DNA from: Prorocentrum cordatum
Lineage: Eukaryota
Assembly (NCBI GenBank): GCA_963575745.1
Contig: CAUYUJ010000280.1
Coordinates: forward strand, 1-64,000
Length of the DNA stretch: 64,000 nt
Reading direction: 5' to 3'
A program made the translations under genes and the position numbers. Under the pieces are notes generated by a model. It searched no databases and was not told the origin of the DNA. It saw nothing but the letters and a program-made list of their open reading frames with translations. The first letter of the stretch is position 1, and each line of letters begins with the position of its first letter. This document shows positions 33,550 to 45,758 of this stretch, one piece after another.

Positions 33550-34200
33550 GAAACCCTCGGCGGCAGCGAGCATTGGTCCTCCTTGCTTGAATTCTACGAG
33601 GAGAAGGGCTGGATCGTCGCTGCCAGTGACCTCAAGGCCAAGGCCAAGGGGAAAGGAGGGGGCAAGAGCAATGCCAAGGGAAAGAAGAGAAGCGTGGCCG
33701 CGGCAGGCTCCCCAGACACTGGCACCAACAGCAGCCGCAGTCCTCTCCATGGAAAGGCGCGGGTCGATGCTGCCGTGCTGGAGCTGACACGGCGCGGGGA
33801 TTGGACAGGCGCACGGCGCGCGGCGAAGGGTTGTGTGGTCGCGTGGGTCGCGCGCGGCAACTTGCTCGACACCCTGGGCTTCCGGCCCAGCCTCGCCCAC
33901 GTTCAGCGCTGCGTCTTCGCGGAGGCGCTTGCCGACCTGCAGGCTTCGGTGCACGCGGAGCCGTCTCTGGCGCCGACGAAGCAAGCCTGGGAGGCGCTGC
34001 AGAGCTACTGCCGGACGGGGAATGCTTGCCACTTGCGGGCCATGCCAGAGGACCCATCGGTGTTTTCCGCTCGCGGCGCTGCGATCGCGATCCGGGCGAG
34101 CCATGACCCTGCTGACCAGGTCCTGGCTGCGATGCGCAAGCTGGCCCGCGACGGCGCTGCACATGCCGCAGCCGACGCACTTGGCTGGCGCGGTGCCCAG
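33550..34200 (+). CDS. Exon 5 of helicase fusion gene (end of SF1 domain and start of C-terminal region)
   Basis: Joining exon 4 gives LWIFGNK|ETLGGSEHWSSLLEFYEEKG, the usual SF1 C-terminal GNxxTLxxxxxWxxL motif. Acceptor CAG|G at 33549/33550, phase 0; donor CAG|GT at 34200/34201. Confidence 0.85.
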
Positions 34201-34372
34201 GTCAGCTCGCGGGCTACACAAATTTTGTGTCTGGGGGTTCAGAATGCAGAGTGGATGTGTTTGCGCAGGTTCCCGGTAAGGGCTCGGGCCCAGGGCTCTC
34301 TGCCAGTTTGCAGGCCAAAGGCCTTGCACCAGAGGGGTGTCGAGCAGAGGCGACGGAAATGGACTCGTGAAA

Positions 34373-34830
34373 ATACGTGTGCGGAGGGGTGGGGTCTCCA
34401 GCATGAGCATCGGCACGCGTGCGTTCGGCACGTGTATTCGCGCGATCCGTGCCACGACGGGGCCGCAAGCGAGGGACCCAACTGGCAAGTGCCGAAGTCC
34501 TGCGCCAGAAATGGGCACGTAGAGATACGTGTGCGGAGGGGGGTGGTCTCCAGCATGAGCATCGGCAAGCGTGCGTTCGGCACGTGTATTCGCGCGGTTC
34601 GTGCCACGATGGGGCCGCAAGCGAGGGACCCAACTGGCAGAGGCCGAAGTCCTGCGCCGGAAGTGGGCACGTAGAGATACGTGTGCGGAGGAGGGTGGTC
34701 TCCAGCATGAGTCTCGGCACGCGTGCGTTCGGCACGTGTTTCATGCGTTTCGGGTCACGACGGGGCCGCAAGCCAGGGACCCAACTGGCAGACGCCGAGT
34801 TCTTGCGCCGGAAGTGGACAGCCGAGGGAC
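34373..34830. repeat. 152-bp tandem repeat, 3 copies, followed by more degenerate CGCGTGCGCG repeats to ~35970
   Basis: ATACGTGTGCGGAGG at 34373, 34525 and 34677. Confidence 0.85.
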
Positions 34831-35972
34831 CAAACTTGCAGGTGGGTGGCGAATTCTGCTACAACTAAAATACTTGTGCAAAGGGGGGGGGCAACATGCC
34901 AAAGGGCGCGTGCGCGCGTGGCACGTTTTGGCCAATTTTCTTGCGCGTGCACTTGCGTGCGCGGACAGCGCGGGCCAAACGGAGGGGATGCCAAACATGC
35001 GCCTGGCGCGTGCGCGCGGAGCATGTGTTTTCACGTGTCCAGGGGGGCCCAAGGGGGACCCTACGTTGGGACGGAGAGTATTTGGCAAGTAAAAATGCAT
35101 GTGCGGAGAGGGGTGCACAACATGCCCCTAGCGCGTGTGCGCGGGGCACGTGTTTTCACGTGTTTTCGCGTTTGCCCAATGTTTTACGTGTACCACTGCG
35201 TGCGCGGAGAGCGCGGGCCAAACTGAGGGGGGGGCCCGACATGCGCCTGGCGCGTGCGCGCGGAGCATGTGTTTTCACACTTTTCGGGCCACGACGGGGC
35301 CGCAAGCGAGATGTTCAATTTGTAGGTGGCGAATTGCTGAAAACGTAATCATTACGTGCGCGGGGGGGGGAATTGCCCCTGGCGCGTGCGCAGGGGGCAC
35401 GTGACTTCACATATCCACGGGGCCCCAGGGGAGACCCAATTCGGGGGCGGAGAATTCTTCCTGCGTGGAATTGAGGGTGGGGGGGGGGGGATTGCTCGCA
35501 CGTGTAATCGCGTGCGCGGAGTGGGGTGGGGGGAGGGGGGCAACGGAGGGGGGGGGCAACATGCGGTTGGCGCGTGCGCGCGGGGCACGTGTTTTCACGC
35601 GCTTCGGGCCACGGCGGGGCCGCCAGCGAGGGGGGACCCAACCTGGGAGCGCAGAGCTCTCTGCCCGCCGAACAGGCGTTCGCGGAGGGGGGGGGGGGGG
35701 GGGGCAACGTGCCTTTGGCGCGCGCGCGCGCGTGGCACGCGTTTTCACGTGTCCACGGGGCCCCTGGGGGGACTCGGCTCGGGGGATGGCGAATTTGTTG
35801 CACGCAGAAGCCCGCACGCGGAGGGGTGGGCCCAACGGAGGGGGGGGGGCCGACATGCGCCTGGCGCGTGCGCGGGTCGCCAGCGAGGAACCCAACTTGG
35901 CGCAGAATTGCTCGCCCGCTGAAAATGCGTGCGCGGAAGGGGGGGCAACATGCGCCTGGCGCGTGCGCGCGG

Positions 35973-36072
35973 AGAGGAGGAGGAGGAGGAGGAGGAGGAG
36001 GAGGAGGAGGAGGAGGAGGAGGAGGAGGAGGAGGAGGAGGAGGAGGAGGAGGAGGAGGAGGAGGAGGAGGAG

Positions 36073-36103
<31 letters not shown>

Positions 36104-36290
36104 GGGAGGACGACAAGGACGAGGAGGAGTATGAGGAGGAGGACGAGGACGAGGAGGAGGACGAAGACGAGGACGAGGACGAGGAGGAGGACGAGGAGGA
36201 GGAGGAGGAGGAGGAGGAGGAGGAGGAGGAACAGCAGGAGGAGGACGACAAGGAGGAGCAGGAAGAGCAGGAGGAGCAGGAGGAGCAGGC
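35973..36290. repeat. (GAG)n microsatellite
   Basis: Direct reading. Similar GAG/CCT tracts at ~48520-48790, 49460-49600, 51175-51610 and 60880-61230. Confidence 0.9.
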
Positions 36291-37179
36291 CGTGCAGGCG
36301 GTCGCCGCTGCAGATCAGCAATCGGAAAATGTCTCACGCTTTACACTCGAAAGTTTGACTCCAGTTCCTTACCGGGCCCGTGGATCCTTCAAGTCTATAC
36401 ATGCTCACGGCCTCTGAAAAAGAATTTCACTATCGTAGACCTCCTCGAGAGCCCTGGGCGGGGGGATTTTACTCCGAACCGGCGCGGTGACGAATCGATT
36501 GGAATTGCTCGGTTTAAACATACATACGCACAATGTCGTCCTCGTCCGTTCGTTTTCTGGCCCGTCTGTCCACCCGCGTTCGCTGTCGAGCCCGTGCCTC
36601 TGAGGTACGTCGGTTTGAGACTGTTCTTTGATAGGCTCCAGGGATAACTCGCGTGTTACCCCCCAGGCCCCCACTCCAGTAACGACCCCGCCTGGAAACC
36701 ATTCACAGGCGTCAATCCCTGCAGCTTTCAAGGGGCCTTGTAGAGACCCCCTCAGAAACAATAGCAACATACAGTCTACGAGTCGTAACCGGATTCCGTA
36801 GAGCCATCCGTTGGAAGTCGAGGTGGAGTGAGGAGGAGGAGGACGAGGACGAGCAGGAAGAGGAGGAGCAGGAACAAGATGAGGAGGAGGACAGGAGGAG
36901 AAGGGAGGAGGATGAAGACAAGGAGAGATACCAGAGTAAACCCAAGCTTCTTTAACGATGGTGCAGTAAACCTTCTCTCCAATTCCCATTTTCGCAATTC
37001 CCCACAAAGATGTGTTTCAACTGCGGGAAGTGCTCCGTTGGAAGACAATCGCCTATAGATATGCAACCACGCCGAAGCACCATAAGACAATTTCTCGGAG
37101 TGCAACATCGCAAACCAACGTGACTGCCGCGGCGTGACACTCCTAAACCGTGCCGAACACCCTTTCTGGAGCGTCAGCA

Positions 37180-37620
37180 ATAACAACTTCTGAAACTGCT
37201 GTGAGCGGTTGCGGCGAACGTGCGCCGCGATCGGGCCAGCGCCACGCTTTGATAACGGCCCGCCCTCCAGCCGCGAAGCCTCTGCGAACCTTTAAGGCGA
37301 ATGCGCGCGGCGCTGAGGCGAGAACCACACTGTGAAAACGGTCCGCCCTCCGTCCGCGAAGCCCTCGCGAACTTTTCGGGCGAATGCGCGCGGGCCCCTA
37401 AGGCGAGCACCGCACTGTGAACACGGCCCGCCCTCCGTCCGCGAAGCTCTCGCGAACTTGTCGGGCGAATGCGCGCGGCGCTAGGGCGAGAGCCACATTT
37501 TGAACACGGCCCGCCCTCCGTCCATGAAGCCCCTGCGAACTCTGACGACGACTGCACGCGTCGCGAAGTCGAGAGCCACGCTTTGAGAACGGCCCGCCCT
37601 CCGTCAGTGAAGCTGCTGCA
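37180..37620. repeat. Degenerate ~85-90-bp tandem repeat
   Basis: ACGG(C/T)CCGCCCTCC...GAAGC...GCGAAC recurs about 5 times. Confidence 0.65.
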
Positions 37621-38308
37621 AACTCTCGGCTTCGGGATCACAGATGCTGGTGAAGTCTCGGGCGAAACGCCAGGCCCGCCCGACCGACCCGTCTCGGGGT
37701 GCGACAGGGAGGAGTTGTTTTTACAAACGAATATAAGGAGGAGGAAGAGAGGGGGGGAGGTGAGGAGGAGGAGGAGGAGGAGGAGGAGGAGGAGGAGGAG
37801 GAGGAGGAGGAGGACGACGACGACGACGACAACCGACGAGGAACGGATGCTTCCGAAGGTGCACAGGCATTATGGTGCACACAGGCATTGAGGTGGTGTG
37901 AGGCAAACTGTTGCCGATGTTGCACGAGTCGCACGCAGGCGGGGTGGTGCACATGCGTTGTGATGTACACAGGCGCAGTGGTGCACGCAGGCACTCTGGT
38001 GTACACAAGCGCTGTGATGCTCGTGGCTGCTGTGGTGTTTCTGGGCATTGCATTGTGCACCGGTTTTTTTTGTGCACGCAGGCGCCGTGTCGCCGTGGCG
38101 AACACGGCTGCTGTGGCACCGCTGTGGTGTGGACAGGCGCTGTGGTGTACACAAGCGCCTTGGTGCACGCAGGCGTTGTGTACATTAACGCTGTAGGTCG
38201 CACGACCGCTGTGATGTGCGCAAGTGCCGTAGTGTACGACAACGGTCTGGTGCACGCAGGCGCTGTGGTGTACACAGGCGCTGTTCCGCGCACGGCTGCA
38301 GCGGTGCG

Positions 38309-38330
38309 TCCGTAGCCATTTTGGCTCAAG
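38309..38330 (+). other. Perfect dinoflagellate spliced-leader sequence (genomic, retroposed copy)
   Basis: TCCGTAGCCATTTTGGCTCAAG equals DCCGTAGCCATTTTGGCTCAAG, 22/22. It is followed by AT rather than a GT donor, so it is not an SL RNA gene. Confidence 0.95.
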
Positions 38331-38464
38331 ATGCCACGTCTCCCGCGAGGCGGCGTGGACACCGCTAGTCTGCGGCCATACCCTGCAGTTGTTTCCTCGG
38401 TCGAGCTGCGCGCTGCCGAGTGGTCTCGCTCCCCCCAGTTTTGCTCCAGGACATCTGGCCAGCG

Positions 38465-39508
38465 ATGTTTTTCTGGAAGTGCGGTGGGTGCGGTGTCTTC
38501 AACCCGCAGGGGCAGGCCAAGTGCGCGTTCTGCGAGCAGGGGCGGCCCTGGCGCTACTGGTCGCAGGGTCGCCGCCGCGGCGCGGGCGGCAATGGCGGCG
38601 GTTCGGGCGGGGGCAACGGCGGCCAGGGTGGTCGGAAGCCCTCGGCGCCGTGGGCTCGGGGTGCCGACGGCCAGCGCCCCACCACCAACGCGTGGCACCC
38701 GCCGCGCGTGGACGACAAGCAGCTCCAGTGCGCGGTCGAGCTGTCTGCCGAGAAGTGGGAGGCCGCCAAGGAGCTCTTTACGCAGGTGCAGGTCGACGAG
38801 GTCGAGGCCAGGAGGGCTGCCCGTGCCAACGGCCTCTGCGCCGCCCGCGATGCCACCGCTGAGCGCGAGCGCGTCGGCAAGAAGCTCGAGGCGGAGGAGG
38901 GCAAGGAGCAGCGCATGGCGGCCGACCTCGCGGACCGCCTGCTCAAGCTGGACGCCCAGCAGGCGCTCGTTCGCGCCCTCCGCGAGTCGCGCGAGGAGGC
39001 CCGTGCGGCTGCCGCCTCGGCCTCCCCTGGCGTGGCCCAGCCCCCCTCGGCGGAGCTGCTCGAGAAGGTCACCGCCCTTAGCACCTCGGGCAAGGACCCC
39101 GCGACCCTCGTCATGGAGCTCCTCGAGCAGGTCGCGGCCTTCGCCATGGCCTCAGCTGCGCCGCCAGCTGCCGCCTCCGCCGACGTGCCCATGGGTGGCG
39201 CAGGCGGAGAGGCGGCTGCCCAGCCGCAGCAGCCCGCAGTCCCACCGGTTGCGGCCCAGGGCGGGCTCAAGCCCGAGGTGGACGCCAACCGCCTCAGGGC
39301 GGTCCTGTCTGCGGCAGACCCTGCTGGCCTTCTTTACCACACTACTGACGGTGAAGAGCGCAAGCGGCTCGGCGACGCGATGGCCCTCTTGCGCGAGCAC
39401 GTCGGCAAGAAGTTTCGCGGCGGCCCTGGGCCCGCAGGCTCCGCCGACGGCCCAGCAGCAGCTGCAGCGCCCCCCGCGGCTGCAGCCCCCGCCGCCCCCC
39501 AGAGCTAG
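38465..39508 (+). CDS. LINE ORF1: RanBP2-type zinc finger, Gly-rich segment and coiled coil
   Basis: MFFWKCGGCGVFNPQGQAKCAFC fits W-x-C-x2-C-x3-N-x6-C-x2-C. Followed by a GGNGGGSGGG tract and an E/A/R-rich helical region. Intact 347 aa. Confidence 0.85.
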   Translation: MFFWKCGGCGVFNPQGQAKCAFCEQGRPWRYWSQGRRRGAGGNGGGSGGGNGGQGGRKPSAPWARGADGQRPTTNAWHPPRVDDKQLQCAVELSAEKWEAAKELFTQVQVDEVEARRAARANGLCAARDATAERERVGKKLEAEEGKEQRMAADLADRLLKLDAQQALVRALRESREEARAAAASASPGVAQPPSAELLEKVTALSTSGKDPATLVMELLEQVAAFAMASAAPPAAASADVPMGGAGGEAAAQPQQPAVPPVAAQGGLKPEVDANRLRAVLSAADPAGLLYHTTDGEERKRLGDAMALLREHVGKKFRGGPGPAGSADGPAAAAAPPAAAAPAAPQS

Positions 39509-39509
39509 G

Positions 39510-42500
39510 GGGCAGCCAGCCGACGGCAGCGTCTGGCGTGGCCTCTCCTTGAATGCGAATGCGTTCGTTCGCCGCGCTGGACCAGCTTTTGTGCAAGGGC
39601 GACCTCAGGCAGTGCGACTTCGTCGCCGCCCAGGAGACTCACCTCTCCACCGATCGCGCTGGCGAGGTTGCAGCTCGACTGGGCCGCCAGGGCTGGCAGG
39701 CCCTCGCCGCCCCCGCCGCCGACGCGGGCGGCGGCCACCCAGGCCATGGAGGCCTGCTCAGCCTCGCCCCCAGGCACCACGGCCTCGGGCGCTTCGAGGT
39801 GGACGGGCTGCGCGGCGGCGTGCTTGTCCCAGGTCGTGCGGCCATCGCGCGCCATAGCGGCGTCATCAGAGGGGTCTTCGTGTGGGTCAACGTGTGCCTC
39901 CACACCGCCGAGGGCCTCTCGGCCGCCAACCTCCTCATCCTGGACGCGGTGAGGTCGGCCGTGCAGTGCCTCGGCCCCCCCTTCATCATCGGCGGTGACT
40001 TCAACATGGCGCCGCAGAAGCTGTCCGAGGCCACTTGGCTCGGGCAGATCAACGGTGTGGTCATCGGCCCGACGGTCGGCGCCATCAGGCCCTCGGAGCG
40101 CGTAGTCGACTTCTTCGTGGTCTCGCCGTGCCTCGCTTCGGCCACCGCCGCCGCTCTCCTCGACTGGGACTTCGGGCCGCATCGGCCAGTTCTCCTCGAG
40201 GTTGCCACCCAGAAGGTCCAGCCCTGGATCCAGGTCGTGCGAGCGCCCAAGCCATTCCCGCGGCCGCTCCCTCTGGGCTGCTGCTCCCAGGACTACGGGC
40301 CAGCCTGGGCCGACGTCCACTCCAGGATGACCAGCGCTGCCTCTGTGGACGAGGCTTGGAAGGAGGTCATCAGGATGACTGAGACGGTCTTGATCGATCG
40401 GTGCGGCCTCAGCGAGCAGGGCAGCAATAACTGCGTCAGGGAGGAGCCGCCCACGCTGCAGTGGGTGCTCGCCAGCAAGCCCAACCTCCCCAGGCACCCC
40501 GAGCTGGATTCCAGCGCACAGTGGATCCCCCAGTGGGTCTTCGAGTCGCGCAGGGCCGCCTCGCTGAGCACCGCGCGCTCGCGCCTCGACGGGCTGCTCA
40601 GCCAGCGCAGGCTCAGCGCCAGGCTGCCGCCCAACACCGACGGGGACATGGCCGACCAGCAGCGGCTCAACGTGTGCACGGCGCTGGCGCTCATCGGCAG
40701 CGTCTCCGATTCTTTCGACGTGCCTTCAGCAGGGTGCCTCGCGGAGCTCGTCGGCGCCATTTCCAAGCAGCGCATCGAGGGCGCCATGAAGTTGGCGAGG
40801 AAGCGCTTCGACAGCTGGATCGACCAGCAGCACGCGCCGGGCGGCAAAGGGCTGCGCGCCTTCACGCGCGAGCCCATGCCTTGGCACCCTCGCCCGCTGG
40901 CCGCCGACGCGCCCGACGGCGAGGACGGGCCGCCGCTGCTCGTCGAGGAGTGGACGCGCCATTGGAACGTCGGCGCCCCCGTGGCGCCGCCGCGGTGGCC
41001 CGCCGACCTCGGCGAGCGGCCTCCGCGGCCATCCGTCGCCCGCATGCGCGAGGTCTTCCGCGGCGTCGCCGCCGCCGCGGGCGCGAGCTGCGACGCGTTC
41101 TGCCCCCGCGACTTCGACGCCTTCGACGACAGCGGCGTCGAGGCCAACATCGGCCTGCTCCTGAGGGTCGAGCAGGAGTGCTGCTGGCCCCCCTTCATCA
41201 GCAAGCTCGCGTTCATCAGCAGGAGGGAGGGTGGCGGAAGGCCCATCGCCCTCCTCGCCGCCCTGGTCCGCGCCCACGGGCGCCCGCGGCGAGACGTCGC
41301 GGCCGCCTGGGAGAGGGCCCACCCCAGGGCTTTCTGGTGGGCCTGCGCAGGCAAGGCCTGCGAGCGCGCGGTCTGGCAGCAGCTGGCTTGGAGCGAGCGG
41401 CTCAAGGCCAAGCGCGGCGAGATGCCCGACCTTGACTGGAGCTCGGTGGCGGTCATCCTCGACTTGTGGAAGGCATTCGAGGAGCTGAGGCACCTGCACC
41501 TGATCGACGCCGCCGTGCAGCACGACTTACCTGTCTGGGCGGTGAAGCTCCAAATCTCCTTCTACCGTTTGCCTCGGGCGCTGGAGCTCAACGGCGCGGC
41601 CTCGGACCTCACCGAGGTGCAGCGGACGGTCCTCGCTGGGGACATGTGGGCCCCACTTTCTTCATGAAGCTCATTCTCCTCAGCCCACTCGACCGCGCAC
41701 TGCGGGCCTCGCCGAGCATCGCCCCGTCGGTCGTGGTCGACGACCTGGTCGTCCAGCGGGTTGGAGGCAGCAGGCGCGCGACCGACGACCTCGTCGCCAG
41801 CGTCGCCAGCGTCGTCGGCGAGCTGCGCACGGTGGACATCCACGTCGCCACCAAGAAGTCGCTCCTGCTGGCCGGCACGCCCGCAGCGGCCACGACGCTC
41901 GAGAGCCGCCTGGCGCAGGCAGCCAAGGCGCTGCCAGTGGGGGCCGCCCGCAGACTTGGGGTGGACTACGCCCTGGCTGGGCGGGCGCCCAGGCTCGTCC
42001 GTCGGCGTCGTCTCAAGCAGGCCGCGCGGCGGTTCCCTCGCCTCAGGAGGCTCTTGGGCCCAGGTCGCCGCCGCTGTGTCGCGGCGAGGAACTTCAAGCA
42101 GGGAGTCGAGGCCAGCTTCGCCTACGGCGTCTGCTGCACGGAGCTCAGCGACACCGACCTCAACGTCGCGCGCGCTGGCGTTCAGGTCGGTCCAGATCAG
42201 GCCCTCTGGCAAGAGCCGCACCGCCGTCCTCGCCACCACCGGCAGGGACTACGACCCCGTGTTCAGGGCGACGCACGGCCCAGCGCGCACGCTGCACAGG
42301 GCAGTTTGGGAGCAGTGGCTCCCCAGGCAGGCCCTGGACAAGGTCTTCGCGGCGGCCCTTGCCTCTTCGGGCAGCTGGACAGACTGCCGCGGCCCCGTGG
42401 GGGTCGCTCCCCCCTCCATGCGCCGCGTGGGCTGGGAGGCGGCTTCGCTGGACGCGTGGACCACGCGCGACGGCTTTCACCGCGGCGTCAGCGACGCGAG

Positions 42501-44520
42501 CCCGTGGCTCACCAAGAAGCTGCTGGGCCGCAGCTGCGAGAACTGGCAGGCGAAACAGCTCGGCAAGCACGACGCCTCCTGGCTCGACGTCGGCATCAAC
42601 GTCGGCCAGCTTCGGCGGTGGACGGCCAGCGGTCGTGGCACCTCCCAGGAAACGCGGGGCTGGCCCAGCCCCAGCAGCGAGCAGCGCGGCTACCTCAGGT
42701 CCTGCATCGTCGACGGCCAGTGGACCAACGCCAGGACGCACGGCAACAACCCGAGGTGCGCCCCCTCGGACCTCTGCGAGCTCTGCCCTGACCAGGTCGG
42801 CGACATCTGGCAAATGCACCTCTGCTGCAGCGCCATTCAGGACCACGGCCTCAGCCTCCCGCGCGAGATCGCCTTGTTGCTGCCGCAGAAGGACAACGCG
42901 GTCGTCAAATACATCGTCGGGCGCGTCCTCGTTCCAGCCCCACGGCTCCAGTGGAGGTCTCCCGGCGGCGGCTTCCTCGACCACCTCCGCTGGTGCTGCG
43001 GCGAGCCAGGCGAGCCCTTCGTCGGCCAGCCGCTCTACTGCGACGGCTCGCTGTGCGACGCGCAGCTTGCCGAGTGCCGTGGTGCGCAGGCCGCGGCAGC
43101 GGTCGTCGAGCTTCCTCCAGGCACCGAGGAAGTCGACCCAGGCGCTGGCAGCCGCACCAAGGCGCTGGGCGCGCCTCTGGTTGGGCCCTGGCAGAGCATC
43201 GAGGGCGCGGAGCTGCTGTCGGTGCTCATCGTCCTGCGGCGCGCCGCCCCGCCCATCGAGCTGCACTGCGACGCCAGCTTCGTCGTCGACGGCATCAACC
43301 TTCGGGGCGAGGCCCGCGCCACGCTGGCGTCTTCAGCGTGGGGGCATCCCTGGCGGCAGGCGTGGCAGGCGCTCCACGACTTCGGCGGCGTCGGCCCCGC
43401 GGGGCTCACGATCGTCAAGATCAAGGGCCGCGCCGCCCTCGCCCACGTCGCCCGCGGCGTCATCACGAGGACGCAGCACCGCGGCAACTACGAGGCCGAC
43501 CACGTCGCAGGCGGGATCGCCTACCACCTGCGCGCCCCCATGGCCGAGAGGCAGCGGCAGCTGCGCGCCCAGCTCTTCGTCGACGGCGCCACGCGCTGGG
43601 CGGCCACGGCCGGTGCCCCCGCGGCTGCCGACAGGCTCGACAGACCCGCGGCTATGTGGCCCGCGACGAGGCCAACAAGGACCGCCTCCATCTCGCCGAG
43701 CACTCGTTCGGCACGCTCGCCTCGGGCCACTGGCGCTGCACGGTTTGCCTGCGCACGGCGCGCACCACGAGGTCGAAGCAGGTGCTGTGTCGGACCCCGT
43801 GCGCCCCCAAGATCGCCTCGGCGGCCGGGGGGGCGGCGCCGTCCAGCTTGGCAGCAGGCGCGGCCCTAGCGGCGGCGGCGGCGGCGGCGACTGCTGCAGC
43901 CCCCGACGGCGCCGACGGCCGACCAGGAGAGCCCGGCCCAGATCGGAGCCAGGACCCCACGCCGAGTGCGGCGGGGCAGGCGCCCGCGACCGCAGGCGCG
44001 CTCGGCTCGGCCCGCGGCCGGGGCCCAGCGCCGAGCAGGGGGGGGGGGCAGCCGCCCGCCCCCGCGCGGGCCACCGCGACCCAGGGCGCCACCGCGGCCA
44101 GCGGCCAGGTCGGGGCCGGACCCCCCCCAGCGAGCAGGCCTCGGAGGATGCCGCGAGGTCCCGATCCCCACGACTCGGCCGCCAGCCGCGCCAGCCGTCG
44201 GCGGGCCCAGCGGTGCCCCTTGGGGGCGAGCCTGACGACGAGGACTGCCCGCCGCGGGCGCGCGACGCCTTCGGCCACGTCGCGCAGCGCGCCTTCGGCT
44301 ACGCACTGTGCGCGCGGTGCCACGCCCACGCCAGGGAGCACCTCGGCAGCGTCAAGGCCCTGGCATCCCAGTGCGCCCCACACGTGGGCGAGGCGGGGCG
44401 CGTCCGACGTCTTCGGGCTGACCGCATTCGCAGAGGCCAGCACCCCGCCAGCTCGGCGCGCCTCGTGGACGGCGCGGCGGCTGCCGAGCGCGGCCGCCCC
44501 CGCCGCGCGGCCGCGCTAGC
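39510..44520 (+). pseudogene. LINE ORF2 (AP endonuclease, reverse transcriptase, Cys/His finger, RNase H, C-terminal CxxC motifs), multiple frameshifts
   Basis: APE: LSLNAN, AAQETHL, IIGGDFNM, VDFFVVS, PHRPV. RT: GGRPIALL, ILDLWKAFE, VVVDDL, RRLG. Finger: CELC...HLCC. RNase H: LYCDGS, GAELL, LHCDAS, GNYEADHVA. Also WRCTVC and LCARCH. Frameshifts near 39565, 41650, 42180, 43650 and ~44150. Confidence 0.88.
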
Positions 44521-45758
44521 CGCGCGGCCCTTCGGCGCCACCACCGCGCCCCCAGCGCCTCGACGGCCCCGCGTCGTCGGCGGCTGCCCCGCGCCGCGAC
44601 GGCCCACGCGTCGTCGGCGGCTGCAGGCCTCCGCGCGCCCGTGGCGCGCGCGGGGGGCGTCGGTCAGCGCCGTCCTCCTGGGGCTTTGCGAAAAAAAGAG
44701 GCTGCAGCGGTGCATAGGGGCACAGTGGTGTACGCAGGCGACGTGGTGCACGCGCTTGCCCTTGGTGTGCAGAGGTACTGCGGTGTACACGGGCGCTGTG
44801 GTGCACGCAGGCGTTGTCGTGTACACAGGTATGTCGTGCACACAGGCCGCTGCTGGCGCGCCTCGGGGGTGCACGCCGCAGCCGCCGTTACTGTTACTGC
44901 CCCCCGCCGACCCTCCACCCCCCCGTAACACAAAATACCCCATGTGGACAACATGACGATCTCTTTGTCCATTTCTATTCACCAATCCTCTACGACTCAG
45001 GATGTCTGGGTGGCTCTCCGAACATCCCCTTTTGTGTTGGCTGGTTAGAATGTTCTGCTTCGTGATTTGTGGATCACAGCGCATTGTTCGCGATTCGTTC
45101 GTAGTTAATTGCCAGTGTTTTGTACGCCGTGGCGTGTGACCCGTCATTTGTGATTTTCGCCCCTTGGCCTGCGGTTTGTGATCCGTGGCTGGTGTGTGGC
45201 TTGTGGCACAGGAGGTTTCGTGGCTTGTGGCTCGCTGTTAACGACTCTTTGTTCGGGCTGGTTCGTGGATCTTGGTTCTTGGCACTTGCTTCATGATTTG
45301 CGCCTCGTGGCGCGTGGTTCTTGGTCGGCTCGTTGTTGGTGGTCCCTGGTTCTCGCCTGAGATTTGTGGCTGGTGGTGCGTAAATTTCAGTTCGTGGGTA
45401 GTGATTGCCGGTTCTCGTTTCGTGCAGCTTATTTCGTGTCTCGTAATTGGTGCCTCCTGTTTGATTGATGGTTCGTAGCTCATTGCTTGTGATCCGTGGC
45501 CTGTGCTGTACTGATCGATATGCCTCATTCCATCATCGGTTGCTTCGCCGGCGCCCCGTGCGCTGGCTGGAATTTCTGTGTTTTCGGCTGGTGCTTGGCC
45601 GTGGGCTTCTCGCGGGAGCCGTTGGGATTGCCCAAGTCGGGTGGCGGCCAACGCAGTTCTTATCAGTGCAGGTGCGTCTGGGGAAGGTGCATCCTCGCAT
45701 GCCTCTTCAGTGACACCTCTTGTGTGAGAAGCTGCCAAGCGTTCCCCCTTCCCCCGAG

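Larger units (their letters stand above)
38308..44699 (+). mobile_element. Full-length non-LTR retrotransposon (LINE; APE-RT-RNase H type) with spliced-leader 5' end
   Basis: 14-bp TSD GGCTGCAGCGGTGC at 38294-38307 and 44700-44713. 3' tail AAAAAAAGA (44691-44699). 5' end is G plus DinoSL. Two-ORF layout. It interrupts a GTGGTG(T/C)ACACAGGCGCT-type minisatellite that resumes after the element. Confidence 0.92.

Noticed and set aside
38309..38400. SL RNA gene
   Set aside because: The SL is followed by AT rather than a GT donor, and it sits immediately inside a LINE TSD.
39505..44956. Antisense and alternative-frame long ORFs over the LINE
   Set aside because: Shadow ORFs of very GC-rich coding sequence; only segments carrying APE/RT/RNase H motifs were accepted.
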